The notes: a model not told the origin generated them from the letters alone. DNA of 62,910 nt, filler included, from Globobulimina sp. (GCA_003354225.1; 57 parts of 57 records of this genome joined end to end with filler, not necessarily neighbours in it); one strand, 5' to 3'. Shown: positions 36,492 through 48,863, counted from the whole stretch's first letter. Program-made: numbers and translations.

Positions 36492-37496
36492 GTGTTTGTA
36501 CTTGTAGAGATTCTGATAGATCTACAATAGAGAATAATCTATTTAAATGGTATAACCTGACCACGATATTTCAATCATATTTTTCTCTTTTCTGAAAAGT
36601 ACAAATTTCAATCGAAAAGCAGCAGGCAGCCTTAAACGGCAGGTTGTCAGGAAAAAGTGGAGCACCAGACAAATTTTGCTTATCAAAAAATATTTAGCTA
36701 TCCAGCTGAGCTAGATCTGTTATTCATTTCATTCTTCTCATCCACAGTCTCTCAACTGCTGTGGTTGACAACTTGTTGCTATGAGTAGAGATTATGATAT
36801 ATTTAGAATAGAGAATCTAAATGGTAGGACTACCCATTCACAACCGTTCAACTACTCTGGTTGACAACTTGTTGCCACTAGTAAAGATTCCTTCAGCTTT
36901 AGAATACTGAATGGTAAATCTAGGTTAGAGAACAGTACGACTTCCATCAATTGTCATTCAACTGAGTGGTTGACAATTTGTTGCTCCGAGTAGAAATTTT
37001 TGATATATTTAGAATAGATAATCTAAATAGTAGGACTAACCCATCCACAACCTTTCAACTACTCTGGTTGACAAGTTGTTGCCACTAGTAAAGATTCCCT
37101 CGGGTCTAGAATAGAGACTTGCAGGTTCTAGGTTAGAGAACAGTAGGACTCACCCACTGTCTTCCAACTGATGTGGTTGACAATGTGTTTGTACTTGTAG
37201 AGATTCTGATAGATCTACAATAGAGAATAATCCATCTAAATGGTATAACCTCACCACGATATTTCAAACATATTTTTCTGTTTACTAAAAAGTCTATAAT
37301 TGCAAATTTCAATCTAAAACCAGCAGGCATCCTAAAACGGCAGGTTGTCAGAAAAAAGTGGAGCACCAGAAAAATTTTGCTTATCAAAAAATATTTAGCT
37401 ATCCAGCTGAGCTAGATCTGTTATTCATTTCATTCTTCTCATCCACAGTCTCTCAACTGCTGTGGTTGACAACTTGTTGCTCTGAGTAGAGATTAT
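36492..37496. repeat. Higher-order satellite: period about 695 bp with 96-109 bp sub-monomers
   Basis: 36492ff recurs at 37185ff; GGTTGACAA core at 36763, 36859, 36968, 37066, 37175, 37464. Confidence 0.9.
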
Positions 37497-38225
37497 NNNN
37501 NNNNNNNNNNNNNNNNNNNNNNNNNNNNNNNNNNNNNNNNTTAATTAATTAANNNNNNNNNNNNNNNNNNNNNNNNNNNNNNNNNNNNNNNNNNNNCACG
37601 AAAAGTAAAAGTACGAGTAGCAGTGCTCTGAGTCGTGACTATTTGAGGTTAGGTATGAGTTTTGGGTTAGTTTTTTTTGAAGTTGAATTATGAAACATTA
37701 AATGTTGAAGCTATTAATATCAAATCATGATGTTGAATTATGAAACAATGTATGCTTGAGCTTGATCGATTTTGTTCTCATTACCTGACCAATTTGTTAA
37801 GTAGAAACATAATTTACATTACAATTCACTACATTTTGTTAATTTGTTTATACACCGCATGGTCTGGATTTGTAGACATATTTTATCTACGGAACCGGTA
37901 ACATGTACACGTGGTTGTATTTCAATTAATTATTAAACAATGAATCAGGACCAATCAGCTACCATAATTCAGATTTTTCAATTGAAAATATATTGAGGCT
38001 AGTTCTTAATGGGTCTTGTTCCATTTGTTAATATTCTTCATTACAAATCCAAACATAGCGGTGCCTAAACTCAACAAATAATGTTTGATATACATGATAG
38101 CATGCTTCCTAACCACACACTTTTTGATTGTTTTGAATATTGCATATTTCAGAAATTTCGCCATTTATATAAAAGGCCGTAAATAAGATAAATGAAAGTA
38201 AGCGCTTACACAAACCCGTTAAAAC

Positions 38226-38601
38226 ATGTCAACTCAAACTGTTGGTAACTGCAACAACAATATGAATGATATCATTCACATATTGATATTGTTATCATTT
38301 GTATTCATTTCTTGTATTAATAGTCGATTCATTTACGAAGCGAGTCCGCAATCCGCTACAGAGTCCATAGGCATTACGGATGTATTATTTGATCTCAGTG
38401 AGAACAGAGACTTATTAGAATTCAGTCCGTCCGCACAGTCAGACAAACGATATTTTAAGACACAACAATATCATCAAGGAATTCCCATATTTGCAGCAAC
38501 ATTACTGATTGAAAAGGATCAGGATCATAACAGAAGAGCGATATTTGGTAATTGGTATCATGAGCAGGATATTATACAATGCGTTCCAAATATCAATGCT
38601 A
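38226..38601 (+). CDS. Secreted metallopeptidase precursor (M4/M36-type FTP propeptide), 5' part
   Basis: Signal peptide plus YFKTQQYHQGIPIFAATLLIEKD...IFGNW. Confidence 0.65.
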
Positions 38602-38701
38602 NNNNNNNNNNNNNNNNNNNNNNNNNNNNNNNNNNNNNNNNNNNNTTAATTAATTAANNNNNNNNNNNNNNNNNNNNNNNNNNNNNNNNNNNNNNNNNNN
38701 N

Positions 38702-39706
38702 TCTTGTTTGGCGTTTTTAATGGTTTGCGCGAAATCTGTGCGTTTGATTAAGGCAAATTCAACATCGTCTTCGTTGCGCAAGGCGTCGCGTACTGCTTCA
38801 TATTCAATCACGTGTTTTTTACCATACATATATGCTTCTTGTCCGACAATCTTAATAATAAAATCGCCAACGTTTCCTTGTTTGTCATGGGGTGGATCCA
38901 ATTTGCTCACACCGGCTTTGATCACATCCGAAGCTTTGGTGATGTCGTTTTTTATTTGCACTAAGGAATATTTCTTGTTTTTGCTGAATTCTTTGGGCAA
39001 TTTGATCTTTGCTAAGAATTTATTAGCTAATAATTCGGGTAAAGGCGCCAAACTAAAATATTCAGGGAATACGTATTGCTGTGGTTTGGCTAACATGGTG
39101 GTATGGTCGCGTTTGGAGGCAGATAAGCGATAATTATACACATTTAAATTGTTATAATCAAAATTCCAGCCTCGAATATCATTATCAAACTGCAATAGGG
39201 AGGCTACGATGTTCTCATTAGGCATAGGAAAGAGGCTACGGTTGAGATAATATTCCTTTTCTGTATCGATGATATTTGCATTTTTGCCGCCTTTGCTGCC
39301 GTTAATGGCACCCATCGGTGAAGTGAGGTTTACATTTAATATCTCAACATTTGGCGGGGTATCAAATACTAAGCGAGTAGTTAACGAATTATACCATGAC
39401 ACTTTACCGGTTAAGGTCTCACGCACTTCGATCCATTCTCCCATAGACTCCCATTTTTTCATTTTGCTCTCGTATAAGGATAAGAAATCGGCCACTTCGC
39501 GACTCACTTCTTCATTCATTTTCATTTCGTTCTTATTCCTATTGTTTTCCAATAAAAATGCATTGTCATTATAAAATACGGATGTTTTGTAGGGTGATGC
39601 TGGTGGTGGCACTCTGATTGCATCTCCTGATGATCGAGTTCGTTTTTTTTTGTTTGCAGAGTTATAGCTCAAATCGTATGAATGTGCTATGTTTGTTACG
39701 TTGACG
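38702..39706 (-). CDS. PI3-kinase N-terminal region: WW domain plus PI3K Ras-binding domain, partial
   Basis: GEWIEVRETLTGKVSWYNSLTTRLVFDTPP (WW); DFIIKIVGQEAYMYGKKHVIEYEAVRDAL (PI3K RBD-like). Confidence 0.65.
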
Positions 39707-39892
39707 NNNNNNNNNNNNNNNNNNNNNNNNNNNNNNNNNNNNNNNNNNNNTTAATTAATTAANNNNNNNNNNNNNNNNNNNNNNNNNNNNNNNNNNNNNN
39801 NNNNNNGTATTACAGTAAAATAAATGTAAATATAAATGTAAATCTAAATATAGTCGCAATACATTACATATCTCTGGGAAAAACATCTAAAA

Positions 39893-40696
39893 ATGGATGA
39901 TCCAAAGAAGTTTGATATTGTTGGATATATGGATCGAAAATATTTGATTCGCGATGAATTTAAACCAACCCCCAGAGGTCCAAAAGAATACGAATTTGCC
40001 CGCGAGGAATACATAGATATTTGTGTTGGGTCAAAAGATGGAATATTTACAGTGAAGGATATAAAAGCAATGATGGCGAATATTGAGAAAGACGGAGTGT
40101 TTCATTTTATTTTAAATTATCAAACGTTTGGAAATATAAAACAAGAAACAAATGAAAATGTTGACGTAGCAAAACTGAAAAGCGGCACCGAATCATATTA
40201 CCGCGAATATGTAAAATATATGCATAGAGATGCAATATCACAGCAAATAATAAAGGAAATGGACGAAAAAAAAAGACTACAAACAGTAATGTCGGAATAT
40301 AATGCCATCAAACTTCGACAATTTATGGTAGAAAATAGAGATACAATTAATATTAATATTGAATGCTGCAGAAAACCATGTTTTTGGCCTATGATTGAAG
40401 CGAAATTAAAATATTTCTTCAATATAATTAAATATCAATTCGGGTTTATGTTTGAATCGCCAACAAACTGTTTTTCGTTTACAATCCCGATTTATGATTT
40501 GATTTGCGGTGAAAAAAAGGTTTATTTTCAAAATTCAGAGCTGTTGTTAATGATAGTTTGTTTGGAGGAAGTTGTGGTTTATACAGGCCATATATCATTG
40601 TTTTGCATTCCTGGTGGCTCATTTTTCTTGTTGAGCGTAGTCGTCATCAAATTCTTGACTCATTGGAATCGTGATTTTTTTCATACCAAAATATAA
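39893..40696 (+). CDS. Hypothetical protein
   Basis: 267-aa ORF with ATG and stop. Confidence 0.5.
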   Translation: MDDPKKFDIVGYMDRKYLIRDEFKPTPRGPKEYEFAREEYIDICVGSKDGIFTVKDIKAMMANIEKDGVFHFILNYQTFGNIKQETNENVDVAKLKSGTESYYREYVKYMHRDAISQQIIKEMDEKKRLQTVMSEYNAIKLRQFMVENRDTININIECCRKPCFWPMIEAKLKYFFNIIKYQFGFMFESPTNCFSFTIPIYDLICGEKKVYFQNSELLLMIVCLEEVVVYTGHISLFCIPGGSFFLLSVVVIKFLTHWNRDFFHTKI

Positions 40697-40985
40697 CCCA
40701 ATCCCTATAAAACCAAGGCACATAAACAAAATAACTAGTGTGTCAAATCTACGGTGCATAAAATAAAAATAAACCCCTATACCTGAAAACATACCACCCC
40801 CGATTAGGCTANNNNNNNNNNNNNNNNNNNNNNNNNNNNNNNNNNNNNNNNNNNNTTAATTAATTAANNNNNNNNNNNNNNNNNNNNNNNNNNNNNNNNN
40901 NNNNNNNNNNNTTTGTTTTTATTTTAATTGTATTTTGTTTTGTTTTGTTGTATTTGTTTTTGTGTGCATGTAATTATATTCTTAA

Positions 40986-41870
40986 TTGAATTTCTCATCA
41001 TATCATTTATATTGGGGTTTAGATGCTACTCTTCCAGAATATGCTGATTATAATAGACCTGTATCTAGGATTCTTGCTACAATTAATCTAGCTGATAATT
41101 TTGAAAAGGGTGATATTATTCATTTTAGAGTATCGGCTGAAGAGAATCAACAGACTCAATGGTCTGGTATTTTCACAATTAGGTACGATCCGACTACTAA
41201 GTTTCCGTATCACATTCCACATGTAGCTAATACAGATTCAGTAGAAACTATTCTATATATTGATTACCCAGATAATGGAACAGTATATTGTGCTGTTGAG
41301 TTCTCTGCTATGGTATCTAAGTCCGTATTCGGCACACCTAAATATGAATCTAGTACTGAATTGTTTTACGCTGGATCTAAATTTTACGTAAAAACTACAG
41401 ATTTATTTAGAGAAATTCACCAAGCACCTATCAAAATTGTATCAGAGCAACCACTTATTATTAAAACTATGTATAAGACAACTTTCGGTGAAGGTACTAA
41501 CTACGCATATACTGGTGCTGTAACTGAAGCCCATAGGGATCTAACTATTAGTGGACTTATCGGTTCACCATTTACATTCCCTGGAGCTAGTATCAGTAAT
41601 ACAACTGAAGTAGATGGCGCGGCAACGGTATATTTCGTTTATATTGACACTGAAGTATTCGGTTCACCACAATATATATCTGAAGTCGCACATATCACTA
41701 TTCCTTCTTATAGCAGTCATGTGTTTTCATTTAGTGATGTGTTCCCTGATTTACCTTTAAATTACATTGGAAGACTTTATGTTAATTGTAATGTCCCTAT
41801 TATTGGAGTTGGTAGCATTCGTAACCAATTTCCAACTATGAGTACATTCGATTTTAGCGATGCAGACTAA
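40986..41870 (+). CDS. Beta-rich, prokaryote- or phage-like surface protein fragment
   Basis: Intronless 294-aa frame; C-terminal ...ISN...ITIPSYSSHVFSFSDVFPDLPLNYIGRLYVNCNVPIIGVG resembles bacterial Ig-like repeats. Confidence 0.5.
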   Translation: MNFSSYHLYWGLDATLPEYADYNRPVSRILATINLADNFEKGDIIHFRVSAEENQQTQWSGIFTIRYDPTTKFPYHIPHVANTDSVETILYIDYPDNGTVYCAVEFSAMVSKSVFGTPKYESSTELFYAGSKFYVKTTDLFREIHQAPIKIVSEQPLIIKTMYKTTFGEGTNYAYTGAVTEAHRDLTISGLIGSPFTFPGASISNTTEVDGAATVYFVYIDTEVFGSPQYISEVAHITIPSYSSHVFSFSDVFPDLPLNYIGRLYVNCNVPIIGVGSIRNQFPTMSTFDFSDAD

Positions 41871-42016
41871 TGTGTAATTTCAACTCTCTTATATTATAAT
41901 ATTATTGTGAATGCATNNNNNNNNNNNNNNNNNNNNNNNNNNNNNNNNNNNNNNNNNNNNTTAATTAATTAANNNNNNNNNNNNNNNNNNNNNNNNNNNN
42001 NNNNNNNNNNNNNNNN

Positions 42017-42460
42017 GGTCTGGAAGAAGAGAAGATCTCCACTGATGGGCTGTTCTTTGGGCTGGGTGGTAATTCGTTAAATATTATGGCCCTGGCCTCA
42101 CGGATTCACCGTGAATTTGATGTCTCTCTTGACTTGAAACAGGTGTTCAACAATGCAACCATTAAGAAGCAGGCAGAGTTAATTGGTTCGGAAAGCGGGG
42201 TTCCTACGGAGCATTTTCATTCGATTGAACCGCGGTTTATGTTCAATTCGAACTTGTCACATTTGCAGGTTGTTGGTGAGGACAGCGCAGAATTGCAAAG
42301 TCCGGCTAGTAAAGAGTTTAAATTTGAAGATAGTGCTCATGGCGACGAGGAGTATATGGATAAAGTGAAGGAAGAATTGGAGGATATACCAAGCAATGTT
42401 GATAAAAACGTTGAACAAAAAGGAATGGAAGAACAAGGACTGTTGGAATTCGAACCTTAA
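42017..42460 (+). CDS. NRPS-type peptidyl carrier (PP-binding) domain followed by an unrelated acidic tail, 3' part
   Basis: ISTDGLFFGLGGNSLNIMALASRIHREFDVSLDLKQVFNNATIKKQAELI. Confidence 0.85.
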   Translation, partial: GLEEEKISTDGLFFGLGGNSLNIMALASRIHREFDVSLDLKQVFNNATIKKQAELIGSESGVPTEHFHSIEPRFMFNSNLSHLQVVGEDSAELQSPASKEFKFEDSAHGDEEYMDKVKEELEDIPSNVDKNVEQKGMEEQGLLEFEP

Positions 42461-42646
42461 TTTTAATTTTAACCTTGAATTTTAAACTTATTAATTTTAT
42501 TTTTCAATATCATTATTTTTCTAAATAAAAACAGTTGCGGACTCAACTGCAGACTGTGATTGTAAACCAAACAGAAACGTAAAGATAAGATCGACATAAA
42601 ATTATACATAAACAAACACACACAAAACAAGAGGAAGTGCTTTAAT

Positions 42647-43021
42647 TTAATTGTGCACATAGTACACAAGCATGATATTAATAATAAGTAATAATTTATT
42701 TTTATTTTGAACTGTAAACGCATTATCTTCAAAATCATCAGGATCGAATGCATAGCGATGTAATGAGATGCTATCATCTAAAATATCAAATATTGTAAAT
42801 GCAGAAGAATATCCCCAAAAATATCCAAAATTACTCACTGTATCAATGCCAATGTTATAAGCTATGTCAATTTTAGTTAAGTTTAAATTATAAAACAAAT
42901 CATCTTCAGATATACTGATAGAATATTGATACAATATGCTTTTATTGCAAATGTCATATTCATCTGCAAATTGTAGAAATTTATATGTATCATATGATTT
43001 TACATCGGATTTTAAATTAAA
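42647..43021 (-). CDS. 3' end of hypothetical protein with hydrophobic C-terminus
   Basis: Frame open from contig edge; AT-rich codon usage. Confidence 0.4.
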   Translation of the reverse strand, partial: FNLKSDVKSYDTYKFLQFADEYDICNKSILYQYSISISEDDLFYNLNLTKIDIAYNIGIDTVSNFGYFWGYSSAFTIFDILDDSISLHRYAFDPDDFEDNAFTVQNKNKLLLIINIMLVYYVHN

Positions 43022-43121
43022 NNNNNNNNNNNNNNNNNNNNNNNNNNNNNNNNNNNNNNNNNNNNTTAATTAATTAANNNNNNNNNNNNNNNNNNNNNNN
43101 NNNNNNNNNNNNNNNNNNNNN

Positions 43122-43959
43122 TATTCAAGCAAATTTAATGCAATTTGAATTCATTCGTAGCCATAAATCACTATCTCACACATTATATTTGATCGAGACA
43201 GCAATGAAAAGCAAAAAAAATCACATTGTGTATCATAACGGATTGAGGAACATTTTAGATGTGTTGATATCTAATCCATTAATCCTGAAATATATGTTCC
43301 AGTCCGCTCATACGCATAAAATATGGCAATCCTTAATGTTTTGTATAAACTATATATTATCTTTTAATATTCCATTGTTGACTGACCACGAATCTGCCAC
43401 AAAGCATGAATGGTTTGAATTATATCTGGATTTTACCGCTCTTATCAAATATTGGCAACATAATCATTTATTATACTTTCTTGAAAATTGCTTTTGTGTG
43501 TTTATGTATAACACATTTGCGGAATATCAGACATTTATACGCTGTAAGTATTTGGATGTGGAAATGTACAGAGATAATATCTGTGATTCTGATTCACCAC
43601 TATTTACTTTATGGACTTCATTCGATTTACATTCAAAAATTATGTGTCGTGCGCAAAAAATCGATAATGCAAAAGGTAGCAAATTAGTGAAATTATTTAA
43701 CCAACAAATTGAAGAATTATTCGCACAAAGTATTGAGGCGTCTACTTATTTGACGTTAGCAGCGGGGCATAATGAAACATGTGATGATAAATTTAACAAC
43801 AACACGTATTGTGGCTATCCATTTTGTGATAAAAGAAAATCGGAGTTTATACATAAAAATAAATGCAAGAGATGTAAATTGATTAGATATTGTTCACGAA
43901 AGCATCAAAAAAAACATTGGAAAATGATTCATTCTCAACACTGCCAACCATATTATTAA
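43122..43959 (+). CDS. C-terminal MYND zinc-finger protein, 3' part
   Basis: CGYPFC...CKRCKLIRYCSRKHQKKHWKMIHSQHC. Confidence 0.85.
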
Positions 43960-44267
43960 TAATCTATGACTTTTTTTTTTTTTGAGTTGTTTCTTATTGT
44001 AAGAAATTCAGAATTCACACAAAATTATAATCTTTTTTAAGGTATTGTATTACGGTTATTTACATATAAAATCTCCGTCTATTTGTATGCATAAAACGAA
44101 AAGTTTTGATTCTGTGCAGCTAAAATNNNNNNNNNNNNNNNNNNNNNNNNNNNNNNNNNNNNNNNNNNNNTTAATTAATTAANNNNNNNNNNNNNNNNNN
44201 NNNNNNNNNNNNNNNNNNNNNNNNNNTTATAAATTCACAGTTTAAAACAGTCAAAAATGCCACAGAT

Positions 44268-45231
44268 ATGGTGTGGATCAGCACTAATAATGATCCTTTT
44301 AATGACAAATATGATGAATTGGCCTCATCATTGCAATCCAAAATAAAAAATAAAAATGCATTGAGATCACAATTTAATACATTACAAAATCTGAGAAAGT
44401 ATACAACTGTTAATATGCAAACGCAATTGCATCACACACAGCTGTTTCAAAAACATATTATTCACGCTTCTGATTTAAAACGTAAAGTGTTATCACAATT
44501 ACCTGTGATGACAGTGAAATTGCCTATATTCAATCAATTAAAACCAATCCAATATACAGAGTTTATCACTCTTAAGTCATTTCCGAATCGTAATCCTGTT
44601 GCACATTGGTATAATTTGATTAATTTTGTAAGCGAATATGGCTATAATTTAATAGATACGCATAATAAAAATAGAGATGTTATGGTGGGTTTAATTAAAC
44701 AAAAATTGAAAATAGCTCAAACCAGAGAAGCAAAAATGTTGCTAAAACAAATAGCTGTCGAGTTGTTTGGGTCTGCAGTGATTCATAAAAAATTGAAGGT
44801 GCGACAAGTTAGCAAGCATCGTTTGAATGAATATGAAGAAGCAAAGAAATTATTAACTACACAGCAAGAAGCATTACAAAAATCATATGAAAAGTATACA
44901 AACAGAATTAATAATTTAAAACGTAAATTGCAAGAAATAGAAAGTGATGAATATTTGGATGAATATAATGAAATAACATCATTTGATTTAATTATAAAAC
45001 AAAAACATTTGACGCGAGAAATTGAGAGATTACAGGCAGCGAAAATTGTGACTGTCACAAACAGTATGAATTATATCATAAATAAAAGCAAAACGAGAAT
45101 GAGAAACCGTGCGTCGCGATTAAAATCTGAAAGAGGGTCAGATGGAAAAGTAACTGCTGACTCTCAATTATATTGCTCTCTGATTATAGAATCATCGAAA
45201 GAATATGTATTAGCTGCTGTTGATAGATCAC
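44268..45231 (+). CDS. Hypothetical coiled-coil protein, partial
   Basis: 320-aa open frame. Confidence 0.55.
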
Positions 45232-45331
45232 NNNNNNNNNNNNNNNNNNNNNNNNNNNNNNNNNNNNNNNNNNNNTTAATTAATTAANNNNNNNNNNNNN
45301 NNNNNNNNNNNNNNNNNNNNNNNNNNNNNNN

Positions 45332-46317
45332 TCCAATGTCCATCCATTTTGGAATAGGTTTTGCCAAATCGCTGCCTTTCGTAATTGTGAAAGCTGGATC
45401 TTCCGCCAATGCCCATTTCCGACTTTCATAGTAAAAATCGCCTATTTTGAGACCAAAAAACTGTTGACATTCTGCTACAAATTGTTTATTGTCAGCATAA
45501 CACACAAGCATCATACACTTGTTTTTGTTGTTATTTTTTTCAAATATTCCAACTCGAACACTGCGACCTTTTTGGTCAACGTGTTGTTGGTTCGCATGAG
45601 GCTCAGCTCTCAGTCCATTGAATAATAAAATTGAATCACAAAATTGAATACGATAATTCTCTGAAAACTGTCGGAAATCCTGACTTAACTCATCGTTTTT
45701 GTTATGTTTGTTGACGCTGCGAATGCATTCTTTTAACATAGTTTCATATTTGATACTTTCTGTGGGTGATGGCGATGGAAAGGAAGCTTCGTAAATATGC
45801 GCCAATGAGTCATTGCTAAAATATTCACAGCAAAAATTCCATCGATATTTACAATTAAATACAAATGGTTTGTTTTCCAGTAATTCATCAAAATCCCATT
45901 CTGCGCAAATTCCTGTTTCTGGATCTGGCTTTGGTTCAGGTTCAGGTTCTGGTGCTTTTTTTTCTTGTTTTTCTTGTTTTTGAGTGGTGCTGTTTGTGTG
46001 GTCTGTGTGCAAAGTGTTGATGGTGTGAGTATGAGCAGTATGGTTGAGTTGACATGACATGCTGTGTAGCTTTGTTTGCATCCGAAGTATACACAGCATA
46101 TCTGCTGATTTTTGGGATATTGGAGGATAGCAAAACTTTGATTATCTTGTTCCAGATCACAATCGTCATCGCTTTGATTGTTATGTTGATCAGTACCAAA
46201 TCCTGGATATTTTCTTTCCATTAAATGTAATTTTTTTAATTCTTCATCTGAATTATAATTTGAGTGATGAGTTTGTGATTTTTTTGGTTTTCTATCTCTC
46301 ATTTCATAGTAACCCAA
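45332..46317 (-). CDS. Hypothetical protein, partial; frame change near 46000-46100
   Basis: Overlapping same-strand ORFs. Confidence 0.4.
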
Positions 46318-46635
46318 TAATGTGGCTTTGTTGTTGNNNNNNNNNNNNNNNNNNNNNNNNNNNNNNNNNNNNNNNNNNNNTTAATTAATTAANNNNNNNN
46401 NNNNNNNNNNNNNNNNNNNNNNNNNNNNNNNNNNNNAATTGTTTTACTGCTTCAATGCAAACTCGTGAATGCAAACGATAATAATCAATGATAAAATGTA
46501 TTAATATGATGCATAAGTTATTGTTTTTAATTCCAATGTGCAGTAATTCCGATTTATTCACATCATATTCCCATTACTTTTTATTTCTATTGTTTTGTGT
46601 ATATATCGTCAAAATATAAAAACAGAGACCAAACG

Positions 46636-46929
46636 CCATGTCAACCTTAACTTTATAAAATCTGCAATTAATGAAACTGATTGAAATTGTTGATTGAGCA
46701 CTGTATATTGCTTAAAACAACAAAATATGTTCTTTAATTCACATAACAAACAAAATATAATCGTATGATCAACTTTTTCAAAAAGTAAAAATTTGACAAT
46801 TTCTAACTTTGTCAAATCAAAGAATTGAAGTCTTTCCTTTTAGATCCTATCTGATTGACACAATACACACACAATACAACAAAGCAAAAGTCAAGCAAAA
46901 TGACGAAAGAGTCAGTGTGGTCATCCCTA
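46636..46929 (-). mobile_element. Dispersed repeat, copy 3 (longest), ending GTGGTCATCCCTA
   Basis: Matches 345-413 and 36173-36293; 46636-46726 also matches 253-343 in inverted orientation. Confidence 0.75.
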
Positions 46930-47541
46930 ACAATGAATGATTAAATAGAGAGTTTTTTTAATATAAAAGTGGTAATGATGGAAATATAAACTGGTACGCC
47001 GGTACACGTACTGCTATTATTAAATATTTATTTGAAGCTGTATAACTCTGTTGTCTTTGTGGTAAAATGGAGTATATCTATGACTCGCTACTCTGTGCGA
47101 AATGCCATGAATCCCACCATATAAATGCCTCATATCCGCCATATTATTATTGACATTCAAAAGGTAAATTAATGGCATACATATGTTTTATAAACACGTA
47201 CGCAAATACCTTCAGTTTTTGTTTCGTAATACTTATCCAATCACAATATCCAACTCCAGGCTTTGTATCTACAGAATCAATGTCGACATATGCATTTTTA
47301 ACAATGAGTTGTTTTCTTTTTGTTTGTTTATGATGATTCATTTTAAGCTAGTCTAAAATCTAAATTTTGAAGCTTGCTCAGTTTTGAACATTTCAGCAAT
47401 GGAAGTCGAACCACCGTTGATTGCAACATCAAAGAAATACANNNNNNNNNNNNNNNNNNNNNNNNNNNNNNNNNNNNNNNNNNNNTTAATTAATTAANNN
47501 NNNNNNNNNNNNNNNNNNNNNNNNNNNNNNNNNNNNNNNNN

Positions 47542-48546
47542 TCGCATCAAAGATAGCATCCGGATCTGAAGATTGTTTGATTGATATGATTACGGACATT
47601 GGTGGTATGGTTCGTAATGGCTTTCCCACTGTAATGGCATCAAACGATTCAAGCAGTGCCTACAACGCAATGTATCCTCCGATAATTGAAGATAAAATGG
47701 TGTATCACTGTGGATTTAATCAGAAAGCACTGACTATGTTTAGATCATTCACAAGCAACGTCAGATCAATATGTAATGTAAACAATCAATTATCAGACCC
47801 CTTCGATCCACTAAACTCATTATTCTCGCAAGGTTTCATACCCGCTGGATTCTCGTGGTGCGTTTATGTAAATCCTGGCGGTATGCACCTAAATAGTAAG
47901 TATATTCTGTATAATAATCAAAGTCAACCAATCGCAAAGATACAACCAAAAATATTAATGGATGATATCAATTATTATATCCTTATTATGCAAAATGAGA
48001 ATGAGTTAAAAATGGATACAAGAAATACGTACATCAAAGCAACAATGAATAACAAGATATCAATCAATCAATTTCTGCGATTGCAACCAAATAAAAAGTA
48101 CATGGACATAGTCGAAAAAATGTATCCAATGATGCAGAATGCCATAGATTTTACGCGAGAATATTTAAACGTAAATAATATCCCCACAAATAATGATAAA
48201 TCGCATATATTAATATTTAAGGATTTCTATTATCAAAAACTAAAACAATTCCAGCAAGAATATAGCGACTATGTTCCGGTATTAATGAAATTGCAAAAAT
48301 TGATGGTAGTTAGCAATGAAAAGAGGATTAAAATGCATACCCCGCCAATCTATGTACTCACAAAAAAAGTTATAGTCCGAAAGTTGCAGTTAAAATACGA
48401 TGAGCAATATGTTACAAATTTGGTAAACTACGCAATTAGAGAGGAAATCTGGTATTATTGCCAGAATAATATGGATGAAAAATGCATCGTAACTATGGAC
48501 AAAAATGAGTATATACAATTTATTGAGAAACAGAAATCGGTTAAAA
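47542..48546 (+). mobile_element. Divergent non-LTR-type reverse transcriptase, internal fragment
   Basis: GSEDCLIDMITDI, NDSSSAYN, GFNQKALTMFRSFTSN, SQG, ILMDDINY, MQNAIDFTREYLNVNNIPTNNDKSHILIF align in order with LINE RT motifs. Confidence 0.8.
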
Positions 48547-48799
48547 NNNNNNNNNNNNNNNNNNNNNNNNNNNNNNNNNNNNNNNNNNNNTTAATTAATT
48601 AANNNNNNNNNNNNNNNNNNNNNNNNNNNNNNNNNNNNNNNNNNNNTTGCCACTGTGTGAATCAATTATAAGGAAGGTACGTATCTTCGAAGTTGCTGTA
48701 TAGAAACAAAGTTCTATTATGCACGATCTAAATAGTAGCAGCCTTTGTATTGAGACATTATGCGATAACTACTAGCTTTCCAAAAAAAACTTTACGACA

Positions 48800-48863
48800 A
48801 ATCTTGCAGGATAATAATCTTGCAGGATAACAATATTGCAGGATAACAATCTTGAAGGATAAC
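48800..48863. repeat. 16-bp tandem repeat x4 (AATCTTGCAGGATAAY)
   Basis: Direct inspection. Confidence 0.9.

Noticed and set aside
36763-37200. GGTTGACAA-core repeats with 60-70 bp gaps as CRISPR-like
   Set aside because: The intervening segments are homologous between alternate units, so this is a satellite
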